The translations under genes were made by a program, and so were the position numbers. A stretch of DNA of 64,000 nt from an uncultured Roseburia sp. (lineage in GTDB: Bacteria; Bacillota; Clostridia; Lachnospirales; Lachnospiraceae): positions 7,352 to 71,351 of the forward strand of contig URJS01000003.1 of the NCBI GenBank assembly GCA_900548205.1, in the 5' to 3' direction. Of this stretch, positions 9,222 to 19,431 are shown one piece after another (position 1 is the stretch's first letter; every line of letters begins with the position of its first letter). The notes beneath the pieces are model-generated. The model saw only the letters and a program-made list of their open reading frames with translations, was not told where the DNA came from and did no database searches.

Positions 9222-10571
9222 ATGGCTAGAATGTTTGGTACAGACGGAGTACGCGGAGTGGCAGGCTCTGAGCTTACGATAGAACTTGCGACAAAGCTTG
9301 GGCAGGCAGGCGCTTATGTGCTGACAAGGGAGCAGGAGCACCAGCCGACGATCATTGTCGGATGTGACACAAGAATTTCAGGGGGGATGCTTGCAAGCGC
9401 GCTGATGGCCGGAATCTGTTCGGTCGGTGCAAATGCGATTTTTGTTGGCGTGATGCCGACGCCGGCAATCGCCTACCTGACGAGAAAGCATAAGGTGGAT
9501 GCCGGTGTTGTGATCTCTGCATCCCATAATCCGATGGAGTTTAACGGAATCAAATTTTTTAACGGGGCAGGCTATAAGCTGCCGGACGCCATGGAGGACG
9601 AAATCGAGGCGCTGATCCGCAATGAGATGAAGGATGTGGTGCTGCCGACAGGCTCCGGCGTCGGGAAGATTGAGTACCGTTTTGATCTGAAGGATGAATA
9701 TGTGGAATTTATCAAAAAATGTGTGCCGGTCGATCTGACGGGCAAGAAGATCGTGATCGACTGCGCGGAGGGGGCTTCCTATTACACCTCTGTGAAGGCG
9801 CTTACAGATCTTGGCGCGGAACTTGTTGCGATCCACACAAAACCGGATGGTACCAATATCAATGCGAATTGCGGTTCGACACATATGGATGAGCTGAAGG
9901 CGCGTGTCGTTTATGAGAAGGCGGATATTGGCATTGCATTTGACGGAGACGCGGATCGGATGCTGGCGGTGGATGAGCACGGCGAGCTGATCGACGGAGA
10001 TCAGATCATGGCGATCTGCGGTCTTTATATGAAGCAGCAGGGAACCTTAAAGAATGATACGATGGTCGTGACGGTCATGACAAATCTCGGGTTTACGCTG
10101 ATGGGGCAGCGTGAGCAGATCCATATTGAAAAGACGAAGGTCGGAGATCGTTATGTGCTGGAATGTATGCTGGAGAATGGTTATAATCTCGGCGGCGAGC
10201 AATCCGGTCATGTCATTTTCCTAGATGATAACACGACAGGCGACGGACTGTTAAGCGCATTGCACTTATTGGAGGTGCTGGTAAAGACGGGAAAGCCGTT
10301 GTCAGAGCTGGCTTCGGTGATGGAGGTACTGCCGCAGGCGCTTGTGAACGCGAAGGTGCCCAATCATAAGAAGGAAAGCTTTTTGGAGTATCAGGAGATT
10401 GCAGATGCGATTGCCTGTGTGGAAAAGAAGTTTAACGGAGAGGGCAGAGTGTTGATCCGCCCGTCCGGCACAGAGCCGCTTGTGCGTGTGATGATCGAGG
10501 GAAAAGAGCAGAGCGTGATCGAGGAAGAAGCAAAAAAGCTGGCGGAGCTGATCACAAGGAGTATGCTGTAG
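9222..10571 (+). CDS. glmM: Phosphoglucosamine mutase
   Basis: [35 protein letters not shown]. Confidence 0.97.
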   Translation: MARMFGTDGVRGVAGSELTIELATKLGQAGAYVLTREQEHQPTIIVGCDTRISGGMLASALMAGICSVGANAIFVGVMPTPAIAYLTRKHKVDAGVVISASHNPMEFNGIKFFNGAGYKLPDAMEDEIEALIRNEMKDVVLPTGSGVGKIEYRFDLKDEYVEFIKKCVPVDLTGKKIVIDCAEGASYYTSVKALTDLGAELVAIHTKPDGTNINANCGSTHMDELKARVVYEKADIGIAFDGDADRMLAVDEHGELIDGDQIMAICGLYMKQQGTLKNDTMVVTVMTNLGFTLMGQREQIHIEKTKVGDRYVLECMLENGYNLGGEQSGHVIFLDDNTTGDGLLSALHLLEVLVKTGKPLSELASVMEVLPQALVNAKVPNHKKESFLEYQEIADAIACVEKKFNGEGRVLIRPSGTEPLVRVMIEGKEQSVIEEEAKKLAELITRSML

Positions 10572-10636
10572 AGAACAAAGGGGCGCACAGGGCTTTTTGT
10601 GTGGTTATAAGACAGAGACGAAAGGGAGAAGAAGCT

Positions 10637-10900
10637 ATGGTTAGTCAGAAGGTTCAGATTAAGAATCCGACCGGACTGCATTTAAGACCGGCGGGTATTT
10701 TGTGTAAGGAAGCCATGCAGTTTAAGGCGCATATTATTTTCCATTATGGGGAAAATACAGCGAACGCCAAGAGCGTTTTAAGCGTGCTTGGCGCATGTAT
10801 TAAGGCGGGCGACGAGATTGAGCTGGTGTGTGACGGAGAGGATGAGACGGAAGCGCTTACGGCGCTTGTGTCAGCCATCGAGGGAGGTCTCGGGGAATAA
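10637..10900 (+). CDS. HPr family phosphocarrier protein
   Basis: GLHLRPAG (His15) and AKSVLSVL (Ser46) motifs; 87 aa. Confidence 0.92.
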   Translation: MVSQKVQIKNPTGLHLRPAGILCKEAMQFKAHIIFHYGENTANAKSVLSVLGACIKAGDEIELVCDGEDETEALTALVSAIEGGLGE

Positions 10901-10921
10901 GTATATGAGAGGATTTTCATT

Positions 10922-11806
10922 ATGAAAAAGATTTTGGTGACAGGCTGCAACGGACAGCTCGGTCGAGCGATCCGTGCAGAATATGACGGGAAAGCGGTAG
11001 AGTTTATCAACACGGACGTCATGGAGGCTGAGGGCGTGAGGGCGCTTGATATTGCAGATATTGACGCAGTGCTTGGACTTGTGGAGACGGCAAAGCCGGA
11101 TGTCATCATAAATTGTGCGGCGCATACAAATGTGGATGCGTGCGAGAAGGAGTGGGATGCGGCGTACCGCATCAACGCGATCGGACCGCGAAATTTAAGT
11201 ATCGCGGCGGCGAAGGTTGGCGCGAAGCTGATCCATGTGTCGACCGATTATGTATTTGAAGGAAACGGAACGAAGCCTTATACAGAGTTTGATCTGCCAA
11301 ATCCGGTCAGCGCCTATGGAAAGACAAAGCTTGAGGGAGAGCGGTTTGTGCAGGCGTTTGCTCAGCGGTATTTTATTTTTCGGACGGCGTGGCTGTACGG
11401 AGACGGAAAGAACTTTGTAAAAACAATGCTGCGCCTTTCGGAAAACCATGAGGAGGTCAGCGTTGTGTGCGATCAGAAGGGGTCACCTACAAGCGCAAAG
11501 GAGCTGGCACGCGCCATTTGTCATTTTGAACCGACAGAGAATTATGGTGTGTTTCACGCTACCTGTGAGGGAGACACGAACTGGGCGGCGTTCGCGGAGG
11601 AGATTTTTGCGCGGGCGGGTGTACAGACACGGGTACGCCATGTGACAAGTGAGGAGTATGCGCGTATGAATCCGGCGTCTGCAGAGCGTCCGGCATATTC
11701 GATTTTGGATAATTATATGATGCGCCTGACAGATGGCTATCGGATGGCAGACTGGCGGAGTGCGTTGGATGAGTATATGAAAACATTGGAGAATATTGGA
11801 GCATAA
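10922..11806 (+). CDS. rfbD: dTDP-4-dehydrorhamnose reductase
   Basis: GCNGQLG, STDYVF, YGKTK, DQKGSPT. Confidence 0.96.
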   Translation: MKKILVTGCNGQLGRAIRAEYDGKAVEFINTDVMEAEGVRALDIADIDAVLGLVETAKPDVIINCAAHTNVDACEKEWDAAYRINAIGPRNLSIAAAKVGAKLIHVSTDYVFEGNGTKPYTEFDLPNPVSAYGKTKLEGERFVQAFAQRYFIFRTAWLYGDGKNFVKTMLRLSENHEEVSVVCDQKGSPTSAKELARAICHFEPTENYGVFHATCEGDTNWAAFAEEIFARAGVQTRVRHVTSEEYARMNPASAERPAYSILDNYMMRLTDGYRMADWRSALDEYMKTLENIGA

Positions 11807-11809
11807 GAT

Positions 11810-13465
11810 ATGGAAAAGCCAAAGCAGAGGAGCGCTGTGATAAGAGAGGAGATACGGAATTATGGGAAGCAATACGGGATGCTGCTCTTAGTATCTCTGG
11901 CAGCAGCTGTCCTTTGCTATGGCTTTCTTGTTTTTTCCGGGACGATCCGTATTGATACGGAGGAGCTGATGAACCATCCGGGTTCAAAGCTAGGCTGGCT
12001 CTCGATCGGTCGCTTCGGACTTGCCTTTTTAAAGGATATGCTGGGATTGCAGACGCATCATATGGTCTGGAGCGGTCTGCTGTTCTTTTTGTTTTTCTGG
12101 CTTGGAGCAAATCTGCTGACCTTTGGCATTTATCATTTCTCCGGTGGAAAGCCTTATTCGTATTGGATTTTTCTGCTGCTTTACAGTACGTCAAATATCT
12201 GGAGCTATCAGGTTTATTTTTCGGTCCAGCAGGCGGAGGTGGCATGTGCGATGCTGCTGCTTGTGTTGGCAGCGTTTTTATCGGTACAGGCGGTATTTGA
12301 GAAAAGGGGAGCTGCTTGCATCTGGCGGCTTTTGGTATCCTTTGTCCTGCTTGTGCTGGGGCTTGGCGCATATCAGGCGCTGGCGGTCTATTACATTGCG
12401 GCGTGTCTGATCTTTTTTCTGGTTTGGATCATGCGGGAGACAGGGAGTAAACAGGAGGAAAGGTGCGGACGTCTGCTTTTGCGCTGTCTAGGTTTCGTCT
12501 TGTTTTTTGCCTGCGCATATGCGGCTTATGCCGCTATCGCAGACGCATGGTTTATGGCAGGGGCAGATTATATGAATGCGCAGTCGGGATGGGGCAGATA
12601 CCCGGTGACTGACTGCATCAAAAACGTACTGCGCACGGCGAAAAACCTGCTGTTTGCGGTCGGTCCGCGCAACTTTTCTTTTTATCCTGCGGCAGTTTTA
12701 TTTACGGCGGTGTGGCTTGTGAGAATGTTCGCGGGCGTATATGGAAGGCAAGGCGGCAGACGTTTTGTGCTGTGGCTTCTGGCGCTGGCCGCATTGCTGG
12801 CATCTCCGCTTTTTATGACGCTTTATATGGGAGAAATGCTGGTGACACGCGCGCAGTTTGCACTGCCGCTTGCAGCGGCGTTTCTTGGTATGTATGCGAT
12901 AGACGGGCTGTCAGAATGTCGCAAAAGCGGTGAAAAAGCGGCAGTGCGCCAAAGAGCAGCGTGCTTTGGTGTGTGGGCGAGAAGGCTTGGCATCGTCTGT
13001 GTGTCTGTCGTGCTGCTTGGGCAGTGCACCTATGACCTGCGGCTTGCCTATACGGATCAGGTGCGGTTTGAAGATGATGCGGCAAAGACGAAGCAGCTTC
13101 TTACTTTGCTTGCGGAGGCAAACGGAGGGACGCTGCCGACACAGCCAATCGCGTTTGTCGGCTATCAGCAGGCGGAGCTGCCGAAATGGTGCAGGCGGAC
13201 GGAGATGTATGGCTGGTCGTTTTACGAGTGGGATTATGACAGTAAAAGACCTGCGGGAGCAACGCACCGCATTACAGGCTTTATTCAGGCGTATACCGGA
13301 GTGGTGTTGGAGGAGGCCGTCACAGAGGAGCAGCTTCTCGCTGCGGCGCAGCTGGCGCAGCCGCTTTCGGATTTTCCGGCAGACGGCTGTATTGCGGTGA
13401 CAGACGAGCTTGTCGTGGTGCGGCTGTCTGCACAGGAAGAACCGCCGGCAACTGACTGGTGGTAG
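11810..13465 (+). CDS. GtrII-like (Glucos_trans_II) GT-C membrane glycosyltransferase
   Basis: IRIDTEE motif after TM1, GWLSIGRFG, LGAYQA, about 10 TMs plus extracellular C-terminal domain; adjacent to a GtrB-like gene. Confidence 0.75.
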   Translation: MEKPKQRSAVIREEIRNYGKQYGMLLLVSLAAAVLCYGFLVFSGTIRIDTEELMNHPGSKLGWLSIGRFGLAFLKDMLGLQTHHMVWSGLLFFLFFWLGANLLTFGIYHFSGGKPYSYWIFLLLYSTSNIWSYQVYFSVQQAEVACAMLLLVLAAFLSVQAVFEKRGAACIWRLLVSFVLLVLGLGAYQALAVYYIAACLIFFLVWIMRETGSKQEERCGRLLLRCLGFVLFFACAYAAYAAIADAWFMAGADYMNAQSGWGRYPVTDCIKNVLRTAKNLLFAVGPRNFSFYPAAVLFTAVWLVRMFAGVYGRQGGRRFVLWLLALAALLASPLFMTLYMGEMLVTRAQFALPLAAAFLGMYAIDGLSECRKSGEKAAVRQRAACFGVWARRLGIVCVSVVLLGQCTYDLRLAYTDQVRFEDDAAKTKQLLTLLAEANGGTLPTQPIAFVGYQQAELPKWCRRTEMYGWSFYEWDYDSKRPAGATHRITGFIQAYTGVVLEEAVTEEQLLAAAQLAQPLSDFPADGCIAVTDELVVVRLSAQEEPPATDWW

Positions 13466-13477
13466 GAGGAAATAGGG

Positions 13478-14440
13478 ATGAAGAAAATCACGGTGATTGT
13501 GCCATGCTACAATGAGGAACAGGCGCTCCATTATTTTTATGAGGAGATGGAGCGGATTGCGGCGCAGATGCCGGAAAATACGTTTGAATATGTGTTCGTG
13601 GACGACGGATCAAGGGATGGGACGCTTGGCTGTATGCGTGAGCTTCGCAAAAAGGACAGGCGTGTGAAGTATGTGTCCTTTTCCCGCAATTTCGGGAAGG
13701 AGGCGGCGATTTACGCGGGGCTTACACATGCGACAGGCGATTATGTGGCGATCATGGACGCCGACTTACAGGATCCACCCTCGCTGCTGCCGGAAATGTA
13801 CCGCGCGGTGACGGAGGAGGGATATGATTCTGCGGCGACAAGGAGAGTGACAAGGAAGGGCGAGCCGCCGATCCGCTCCTTTTTTGCGCGCTGCTTTTAC
13901 CGGATGATGAACCGTATCAGTGATGTGGAGCTGATGGACGGGGCAAGGGATTACCGTCTGATGAGCCGGCAATATGTAGACGCGCTCCTAAGCCTTCAGG
14001 AGTACAACCGTTTTTCTAAGGGGCTGTTCGGATGGGTCGGTTTCCGCACAAAGTGGATTGAGTTTGAAAATGTGGAGCGTGTCGCAGGGGAGACAAAATG
14101 GTCCTTCTGGAAGCTGTTTAAATATTCGCTCGACGGCATTGTCGCGTTTTCCTCAACGCCGCTTTATATTTCCTCTGTGCTTGGCGCGGGGATGTGCGGG
14201 GTGGCAGTGCTGGCGATTTTATTTATCGTCATAAGGCAGCTGCTGTTTGGGGGGTCTGCCTACGGCTGGCCCTCGATGGCGTGTATCGTGATACTGATCG
14301 GCGGTTTACAGCTGCTTTGCATCGGGATTCTCGGTCTTTATCTATCAAAGGCATATCTGGAGGTCAAGAACCGTCCGGTCTATATCGCAAAGGAGACGGC
14401 GACTGACGAGGAGGAGCGGGACGGCGAAAAGTTGTCTTAA
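13478..14440 (+). CDS. GT2 undecaprenyl-phosphate glycosyltransferase (GtrB/YkoT-like)
   Basis: PCYNEE, DDGSRD, SRNFGKEAA, DADLQDPP, two C-terminal TMs. Confidence 0.92.
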   Translation: MKKITVIVPCYNEEQALHYFYEEMERIAAQMPENTFEYVFVDDGSRDGTLGCMRELRKKDRRVKYVSFSRNFGKEAAIYAGLTHATGDYVAIMDADLQDPPSLLPEMYRAVTEEGYDSAATRRVTRKGEPPIRSFFARCFYRMMNRISDVELMDGARDYRLMSRQYVDALLSLQEYNRFSKGLFGWVGFRTKWIEFENVERVAGETKWSFWKLFKYSLDGIVAFSSTPLYISSVLGAGMCGVAVLAILFIVIRQLLFGGSAYGWPSMACIVILIGGLQLLCIGILGLYLSKAYLEVKNRPVYIAKETATDEEERDGEKLS

Positions 14441-14442
14441 AC

Positions 14443-14471
14443 TTGTGTTAGCGGAAAATATGTGATAAAAT
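14443..14471 (+). promoter_or_regulatory. Putative sigma-A promoter upstream of rfbB
   Basis: TTGTGT-N17-TAAAAT with extended TG. Confidence 0.5.
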
Positions 14472-14537
14472 CATAATCATTATCACGGAATCTGGTTGTA
14501 ATTGGCAGAAAATATGCGAGCTGGAAAGGGAAAAGCT

Positions 14538-15620
14538 ATGAGAACTTATTTGGTGACGGGAGGAGCCGGCTTTATCGGTTCCAATTATATTCATTATATG
14601 TTCCGTAAGTACGGAGATGAGATTCGCATCATTAATGTGGATGCGCTCACCTATGCCGGAAATCTGGAGAATTTAAAGGATGTGGAGGCTAGAGAAAACT
14701 ATACGTTTGTGAAAGCGGATATTACGGATAAAGAGGCGATGGAGCGGATTTTTGCAGAGAATGAGATTGACCGTGTCGTGCATTTTGCCGCGGAAAGCCA
14801 TGTGGACCGCAGCATTAAGAATCCTGAGGTGTTTGTTAAGACAAATGTTCTCGGAACTGCCGTGATGTTAAATTGTGCAAAAGCGGCATGGGAGCAGCCG
14901 GACGGTACATTTGCTGCGGACAAGAAGTTTCTTCATGTGTCGACGGACGAGGTCTATGGATCCCTGGAGGAGGACGGCACTTATTTTTATGAGACGACGC
15001 CGTATGCGCCGCACAGCCCTTACTCTGCGAGCAAGGCGTCCTCGGACATGCTGGTAAAGGCGTATATTGATACCTACAAGTTCCCGGCGAATATTACGAA
15101 CTGCTCCAATAATTACGGACCGTATCAGTTCCCGGAGAAGCTGATCCCGCTGATCATCAACAATGCGCTTTTGGGAAAGAAGCTTCCGGTTTACGGAGAC
15201 GGCAGGAATGTCCGCGACTGGCTTTATGTGGATGACCATGCAAAGGGGATCGACATGGTGCAGGAGAAGGGACGATTGGGCGAGACATATAATATCGGCG
15301 GACACAATGAGAAGCAGAACATTGAGATCGTCAATATCATCATAGAGACGCTGCAGGAGATGCTTCCGGCAGACGATCCGCGCAGGGCGCTGGTGAGCAA
15401 GGATCTGATCACCTATGTGGAGGACAGAAAAGGGCATGACAGACGTTATGCGATCGCTCCTGATAAGATTAAGGCGGAGATTGGCTGGGAGCCTGAGACG
15501 ATGTTTGCGGAGGGGATCCGAAAGACCATTGCGTGGTTTTTTGAACACGAGGACTGGATGAAAAATGTGACAAGCGGCGATTACCAGAAGTATTATGAGG
15601 AGATGTATCGGGACAGATAA
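14538..15620 (+). CDS. rfbB: dTDP-glucose 4,6-dehydratase
   Basis: TGGAGFIG, AAESHVDRSI, STDEVYG, YSASK, NNYGPYQFPEKLIP. Confidence 0.97.
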   Translation: MRTYLVTGGAGFIGSNYIHYMFRKYGDEIRIINVDALTYAGNLENLKDVEARENYTFVKADITDKEAMERIFAENEIDRVVHFAAESHVDRSIKNPEVFVKTNVLGTAVMLNCAKAAWEQPDGTFAADKKFLHVSTDEVYGSLEEDGTYFYETTPYAPHSPYSASKASSDMLVKAYIDTYKFPANITNCSNNYGPYQFPEKLIPLIINNALLGKKLPVYGDGRNVRDWLYVDDHAKGIDMVQEKGRLGETYNIGGHNEKQNIEIVNIIIETLQEMLPADDPRRALVSKDLITYVEDRKGHDRRYAIAPDKIKAEIGWEPETMFAEGIRKTIAWFFEHEDWMKNVTSGDYQKYYEEMYRDR

Positions 15621-15770
15621 GAGAGGCACACAGCAGTACCGCCATTTGGCGATACTGCTTGTTTGCGTTAATATAAGGGCAGTGTGCCGGGAATTTTAAG
15701 AAAAAATTAACCGCAGATAAATGGAAATATTAAGATAAATGCCATATATTGTTAAAATTGGAGGAACATT

Positions 15771-16649
15771 ATGAAGGGAATTATTCTTGCCGGAGGCTCC
15801 GGTACGAGACTTTATCCGCTGACAAAAGCGATTTCCAAGCAGATTATGCCGGTTTATGACAAGCCGATGATCTATTATCCGCTTTCTACCTTAATGCTGG
15901 CGGGCATTCGTGAGGTACTCATTATCTCAACGCCGCGTGATCTGCCGGTGTTTGAGGAATTGTTTGGAGACGGCAGCCAGCTTGGCATGAGTTTTTCCTA
16001 TGCTGTGCAGGAGGAGCCGAGAGGACTTGCCGATGCATTTATTATCGGGGAGGACTTTATCGGAGCAGATGCGGTGGCGCTTGTGCTTGGGGACAATATT
16101 TTTTACGGACAGAGCTTTTCTAAGGTGCTAAAGAGCGCCGCAGAGCGCACGGAGCAGAAGGCGGGCGCGACGATTTTCGGATACTATGTAAGAGATCCCA
16201 GAGAATACGGCGTGGTGGAGTTTGATGAAAACGGAAAGGCGCTCTCTATCGAGGAGAAGCCGGCGCAGCCAAGGTCGAATTACGCCGTGCCGGGACTTTA
16301 TTTTTATGATAATGATGTGGTGGAGATTGCAAAGAATGTTGTCCCCTCTGCCAGAGGCGAGATAGAGATCACGTCTGTCAACAATGAATATTTAAAACGG
16401 GGAACCTTGTGCGTGGAGACGCTCGGACGCGGGTTTGCGTGGCTTGACACCGGCAATCACGATATGCTGCTTGCTGCTGCGGATTTTGTGTCGGCATTCC
16501 AGAAACGGCAGGGGCTTTATATTTCCTGTATTGAGGAGATCGCATATAAAAGGGGCTTTATCGACAGAGAACAGCTTGTACGGCTGGCGCAGCCGCTGCT
16601 TAAGACCGATTACGGAAAATATCTGATGGAGATTGCGGAAGGACTGTAA
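15771..16649 (+). CDS. rfbA: Glucose-1-phosphate thymidylyltransferase
   Basis: [38 protein letters not shown]. Confidence 0.97.
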   Translation: MKGIILAGGSGTRLYPLTKAISKQIMPVYDKPMIYYPLSTLMLAGIREVLIISTPRDLPVFEELFGDGSQLGMSFSYAVQEEPRGLADAFIIGEDFIGADAVALVLGDNIFYGQSFSKVLKSAAERTEQKAGATIFGYYVRDPREYGVVEFDENGKALSIEEKPAQPRSNYAVPGLYFYDNDVVEIAKNVVPSARGEIEITSVNNEYLKRGTLCVETLGRGFAWLDTGNHDMLLAAADFVSAFQKRQGLYISCIEEIAYKRGFIDREQLVRLAQPLLKTDYGKYLMEIAEGL

Positions 16650-16666
16650 GGAAAGAGGAATAAGAC

Positions 16667-17251
16667 GTGGGAAAGATCAAGGTAACAGAAAATTGTAACG
16701 GGATAGAGGGGCTTAAGGTCATCGAACCGGCAGTGTTTGGGGATGCGAGAGGCTATTTTATGGAAACCTATAATTATCAGGATTTTGCCGAGGCGGGCAT
16801 TGACTGTACCTTTGTGCAGGACAACCAGTCGGCGTCCAAGAAGGGCGTTTTGCGCGGACTTCATTTTCAGATCGATTATCCGCAGGATAAGCTTGTGCGC
16901 GTGATAAGCGGCGAGGTGTTTGACGTGGCAGTCGATCTGCGCGAGGGTTCTAAGACCTTTGGAAAATGGTATGGCGTGCATTTATCGGCGGAGAATAAAA
17001 AGCAGTTTTTTGTGCCGAAGAATTTTGCGCACGGTTTTCTCGTATTATCCGATTATGCGGAGTTCTGCTATAAGGTGACTGATTTTTATCATCCGAATGA
17101 CGAGGGAGGTATTCTCTGGAATGATGCGGAGCTTGGCGTGGAGTGGCCGATGCCGGAGGGAATGTGTGCAGAGGAGCTGCTCTTATCGGATAAGGACAGG
17201 CTGTTAGGAAGCTTTGCCGCGTATAAGAAGGCGCACGGCGCGCAGGGTTAG
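16667..17251 (+). CDS. rfbC: dTDP-4-dehydrorhamnose 3,5-epimerase
   Basis: DARGYF, VLRGLHFQ, DVAVDLR, FAHGF; GTG start. Confidence 0.96.
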   Translation: MGKIKVTENCNGIEGLKVIEPAVFGDARGYFMETYNYQDFAEAGIDCTFVQDNQSASKKGVLRGLHFQIDYPQDKLVRVISGEVFDVAVDLREGSKTFGKWYGVHLSAENKKQFFVPKNFAHGFLVLSDYAEFCYKVTDFYHPNDEGGILWNDAELGVEWPMPEGMCAEELLLSDKDRLLGSFAAYKKAHGAQG

Positions 17252-17257
17252 GAGAAA

Positions 17258-18094
17258 ATGATGGCAGAAAAGAAAAGGGACGCGTCGCTGGCTGGGCACC
17301 TTGTGAGCAGCAGGGGGCTGATATGGAATCTTGCAAAAAATGATATTAAAAAAAAGTTTGCAGGTTCTTATTTCGGAATTGTCTGGGCATTTGTACAGCC
17401 TGTGATCACCGTGCTGCTGTACTGGTTTGTGTTTGAGTTTGGCCTGCATCAGAAGGCAAGCGACCTTCGCACGGGCATTGAGATACCGTTTGTTATGTGG
17501 CTTATGGCGGGACTTGTACCGTGGTTTTATTTTCAGGAGGCGATGAACGGCGGAACGGGCGTTTTGGTTGAGTATAGCTATCTCGTAAAAAAGGTTGTAT
17601 TCCAGATCGATACGCTTCCGGTCGTTAAGATGATCTCGGCGCTGTTTACGCATTTGTTTTTTGTGTTGTTCGCCATTGCGGTATTCTGGGCCATGGGTTA
17701 TCCGCCTGATTTGTATACGCTTTTGGTGATTTATTATTCGTTTTGTATGATCGTGCTTGCGACGGGGATTGTCTATGCGACAGGAGCAATGACTGTATTT
17801 TTCCGTGACATGAAGGAGGTCGTTGCAATTCTTCTTCAGATTGGCATGTGGGTGACGCCGATCATGTGGAATTTTGAGTCGATGACGCAGATACCGGGAT
17901 GGGCGGCTGCGCTTTTGAAGCTGAATCCGATGTATTATATCGTGTCGGGTTACCGCAATGCGCTGATCCATAAAATCGGTTTCTGGGAAAACTGGGGTCT
18001 GACGATCTACTTCTGGGTCGTTACGATTTTAATACTGATCGTTGGAACCTCTGTATTTAAGCGGCTGCGCCCGCATTTTGCGGATGTGCTCTAA
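17258..18094 (+). CDS. wzm: Polysaccharide ABC transporter permease (copy 1)
   Basis: ABC-2 membrane pattern: GSYFGIVWAFVQP, YLVKKVVF, RDMKEVV, LNPM. Confidence 0.92.
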   Translation: MMAEKKRDASLAGHLVSSRGLIWNLAKNDIKKKFAGSYFGIVWAFVQPVITVLLYWFVFEFGLHQKASDLRTGIEIPFVMWLMAGLVPWFYFQEAMNGGTGVLVEYSYLVKKVVFQIDTLPVVKMISALFTHLFFVLFAIAVFWAMGYPPDLYTLLVIYYSFCMIVLATGIVYATGAMTVFFRDMKEVVAILLQIGMWVTPIMWNFESMTQIPGWAAALLKLNPMYYIVSGYRNALIHKIGFWENWGLTIYFWVVTILILIVGTSVFKRLRPHFADVL

Positions 18095-18128
18095 GAGAGA
18101 AGAAATGAGAGGAAAGAAGCAGGGTGAG

Positions 18129-19415
18129 ATGGATAAGATAGCAATCAGGGCAAAGGATGTCAGCAAGATTTATAAATTATATCATAAGCCCTCGGAGCGT
18201 CTGCTTGATGCGCTTGGAATTGCAGGGAAAAACCGCTTTAAGGAGCACCGGGCGCTTGACCATGTTTCCTTTGAGGTGAAAAAGGGGGAGACGATCGGCA
18301 TTATCGGCACAAACGGTTCCGGAAAGTCGACGATTTTAAAGATCATCACCGGCGTGCTCTCTCCGACCGAGGGAGTGGTGGAGATTTCCGGCAGGATTTC
18401 GGCGCTGCTTGAGCTTGGCGCAGGCTTTAATATGGAATATACGGGCATTGAGAATGTCTATTTAAACGGGATGATGATGGGCTTTCGCAGGGAGGAGATG
18501 GACGAGCGTCTGCCGGAGATCCTTAAATTTGCAGATATTGGGGATTTTGTTCATCAGCCGTGCAAGACGTATTCGAGCGGAATGTTTGTGCGCCTTGCGT
18601 TTGCGGTTGCGATCAATATCGACCCGGAGATTTTGATCGTGGATGAGGCGCTCTCGGTAGGGGATGCGTTTTTTCAGGCAAAGTGCTATAAGAAATTTGA
18701 TGATTTTAAGGCGCAGGGCAAGACGATCATTTTTGTCAGTCATGACATCAGCAGCGTGGCAAAGTACTGTGACCGCGTGATTTTGTTGAATCAGGGCGTG
18801 AAGCTGGCAGAGGGGAAGCCAAAGGAGATCATTGATCTGTATAAGAAGGTGCTCTTAAATCAGTCGCAGAATATCACGAGCGGACAGGTGCTTACGGCGC
18901 AGGAGACGGAGGGGACAGAGGCTGGAACAGCACTTTGGAAAAGCCATTATGAACTGAATCCCGATGTAAATGAATATGGAACGGGAGAAGCGGAAATCAT
19001 TGATTTTGCAGTGGTGGATGAATATGGAAGCTATACGAACTGTATTCAGAAGGGAACTTCCTTTACGATTCGTTCCAAGGTGCGTTTCCAGACAGATATT
19101 ATGGACCCCATTTTTACTTATACATTTAAGACGGTGCAGGGGACTGCAGTGACCGGAACAAACACGATGTATGAAAAGGCAGGCATTGGTCTGGCGAAGG
19201 CAGGGGAGATTTATGTCGCCTCTTTTCAGCAGAATATGGATCTGCAGGGCGGTGAGTATCTGCTCTCCATCAGCTGTACGGGCTATGTCGGCGGTGAGTT
19301 TCGGGCATACCACAGGTTGTATGACGTGGTCGGAGTGACGGTAATTTCCGATAAAAACACGGTCGGCTTTTACGATATGAATTCCAGGACGACGGTGGAG
19401 CGTGCAGAGGCATAG
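18129..19415 (+). CDS. wzt: Polysaccharide ABC transporter ATPase with C-terminal Wzt_C carbohydrate-binding domain
   Basis: GTNGSGKST, YSSGMFVRLAF, IVDEALSVGD; about 170 aa C-terminal beta-rich extension (LQGGEYLLSI). Confidence 0.92.
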   Translation: MDKIAIRAKDVSKIYKLYHKPSERLLDALGIAGKNRFKEHRALDHVSFEVKKGETIGIIGTNGSGKSTILKIITGVLSPTEGVVEISGRISALLELGAGFNMEYTGIENVYLNGMMMGFRREEMDERLPEILKFADIGDFVHQPCKTYSSGMFVRLAFAVAINIDPEILIVDEALSVGDAFFQAKCYKKFDDFKAQGKTIIFVSHDISSVAKYCDRVILLNQGVKLAEGKPKEIIDLYKKVLLNQSQNITSGQVLTAQETEGTEAGTALWKSHYELNPDVNEYGTGEAEIIDFAVVDEYGSYTNCIQKGTSFTIRSKVRFQTDIMDPIFTYTFKTVQGTAVTGTNTMYEKAGIGLAKAGEIYVASFQQNMDLQGGEYLLSISCTGYVGGEFRAYHRLYDVVGVTVISDKNTVGFYDMNSRTTVERAEA

Positions 19416-19431
19416 GCAGCAGGAGGGTGCG

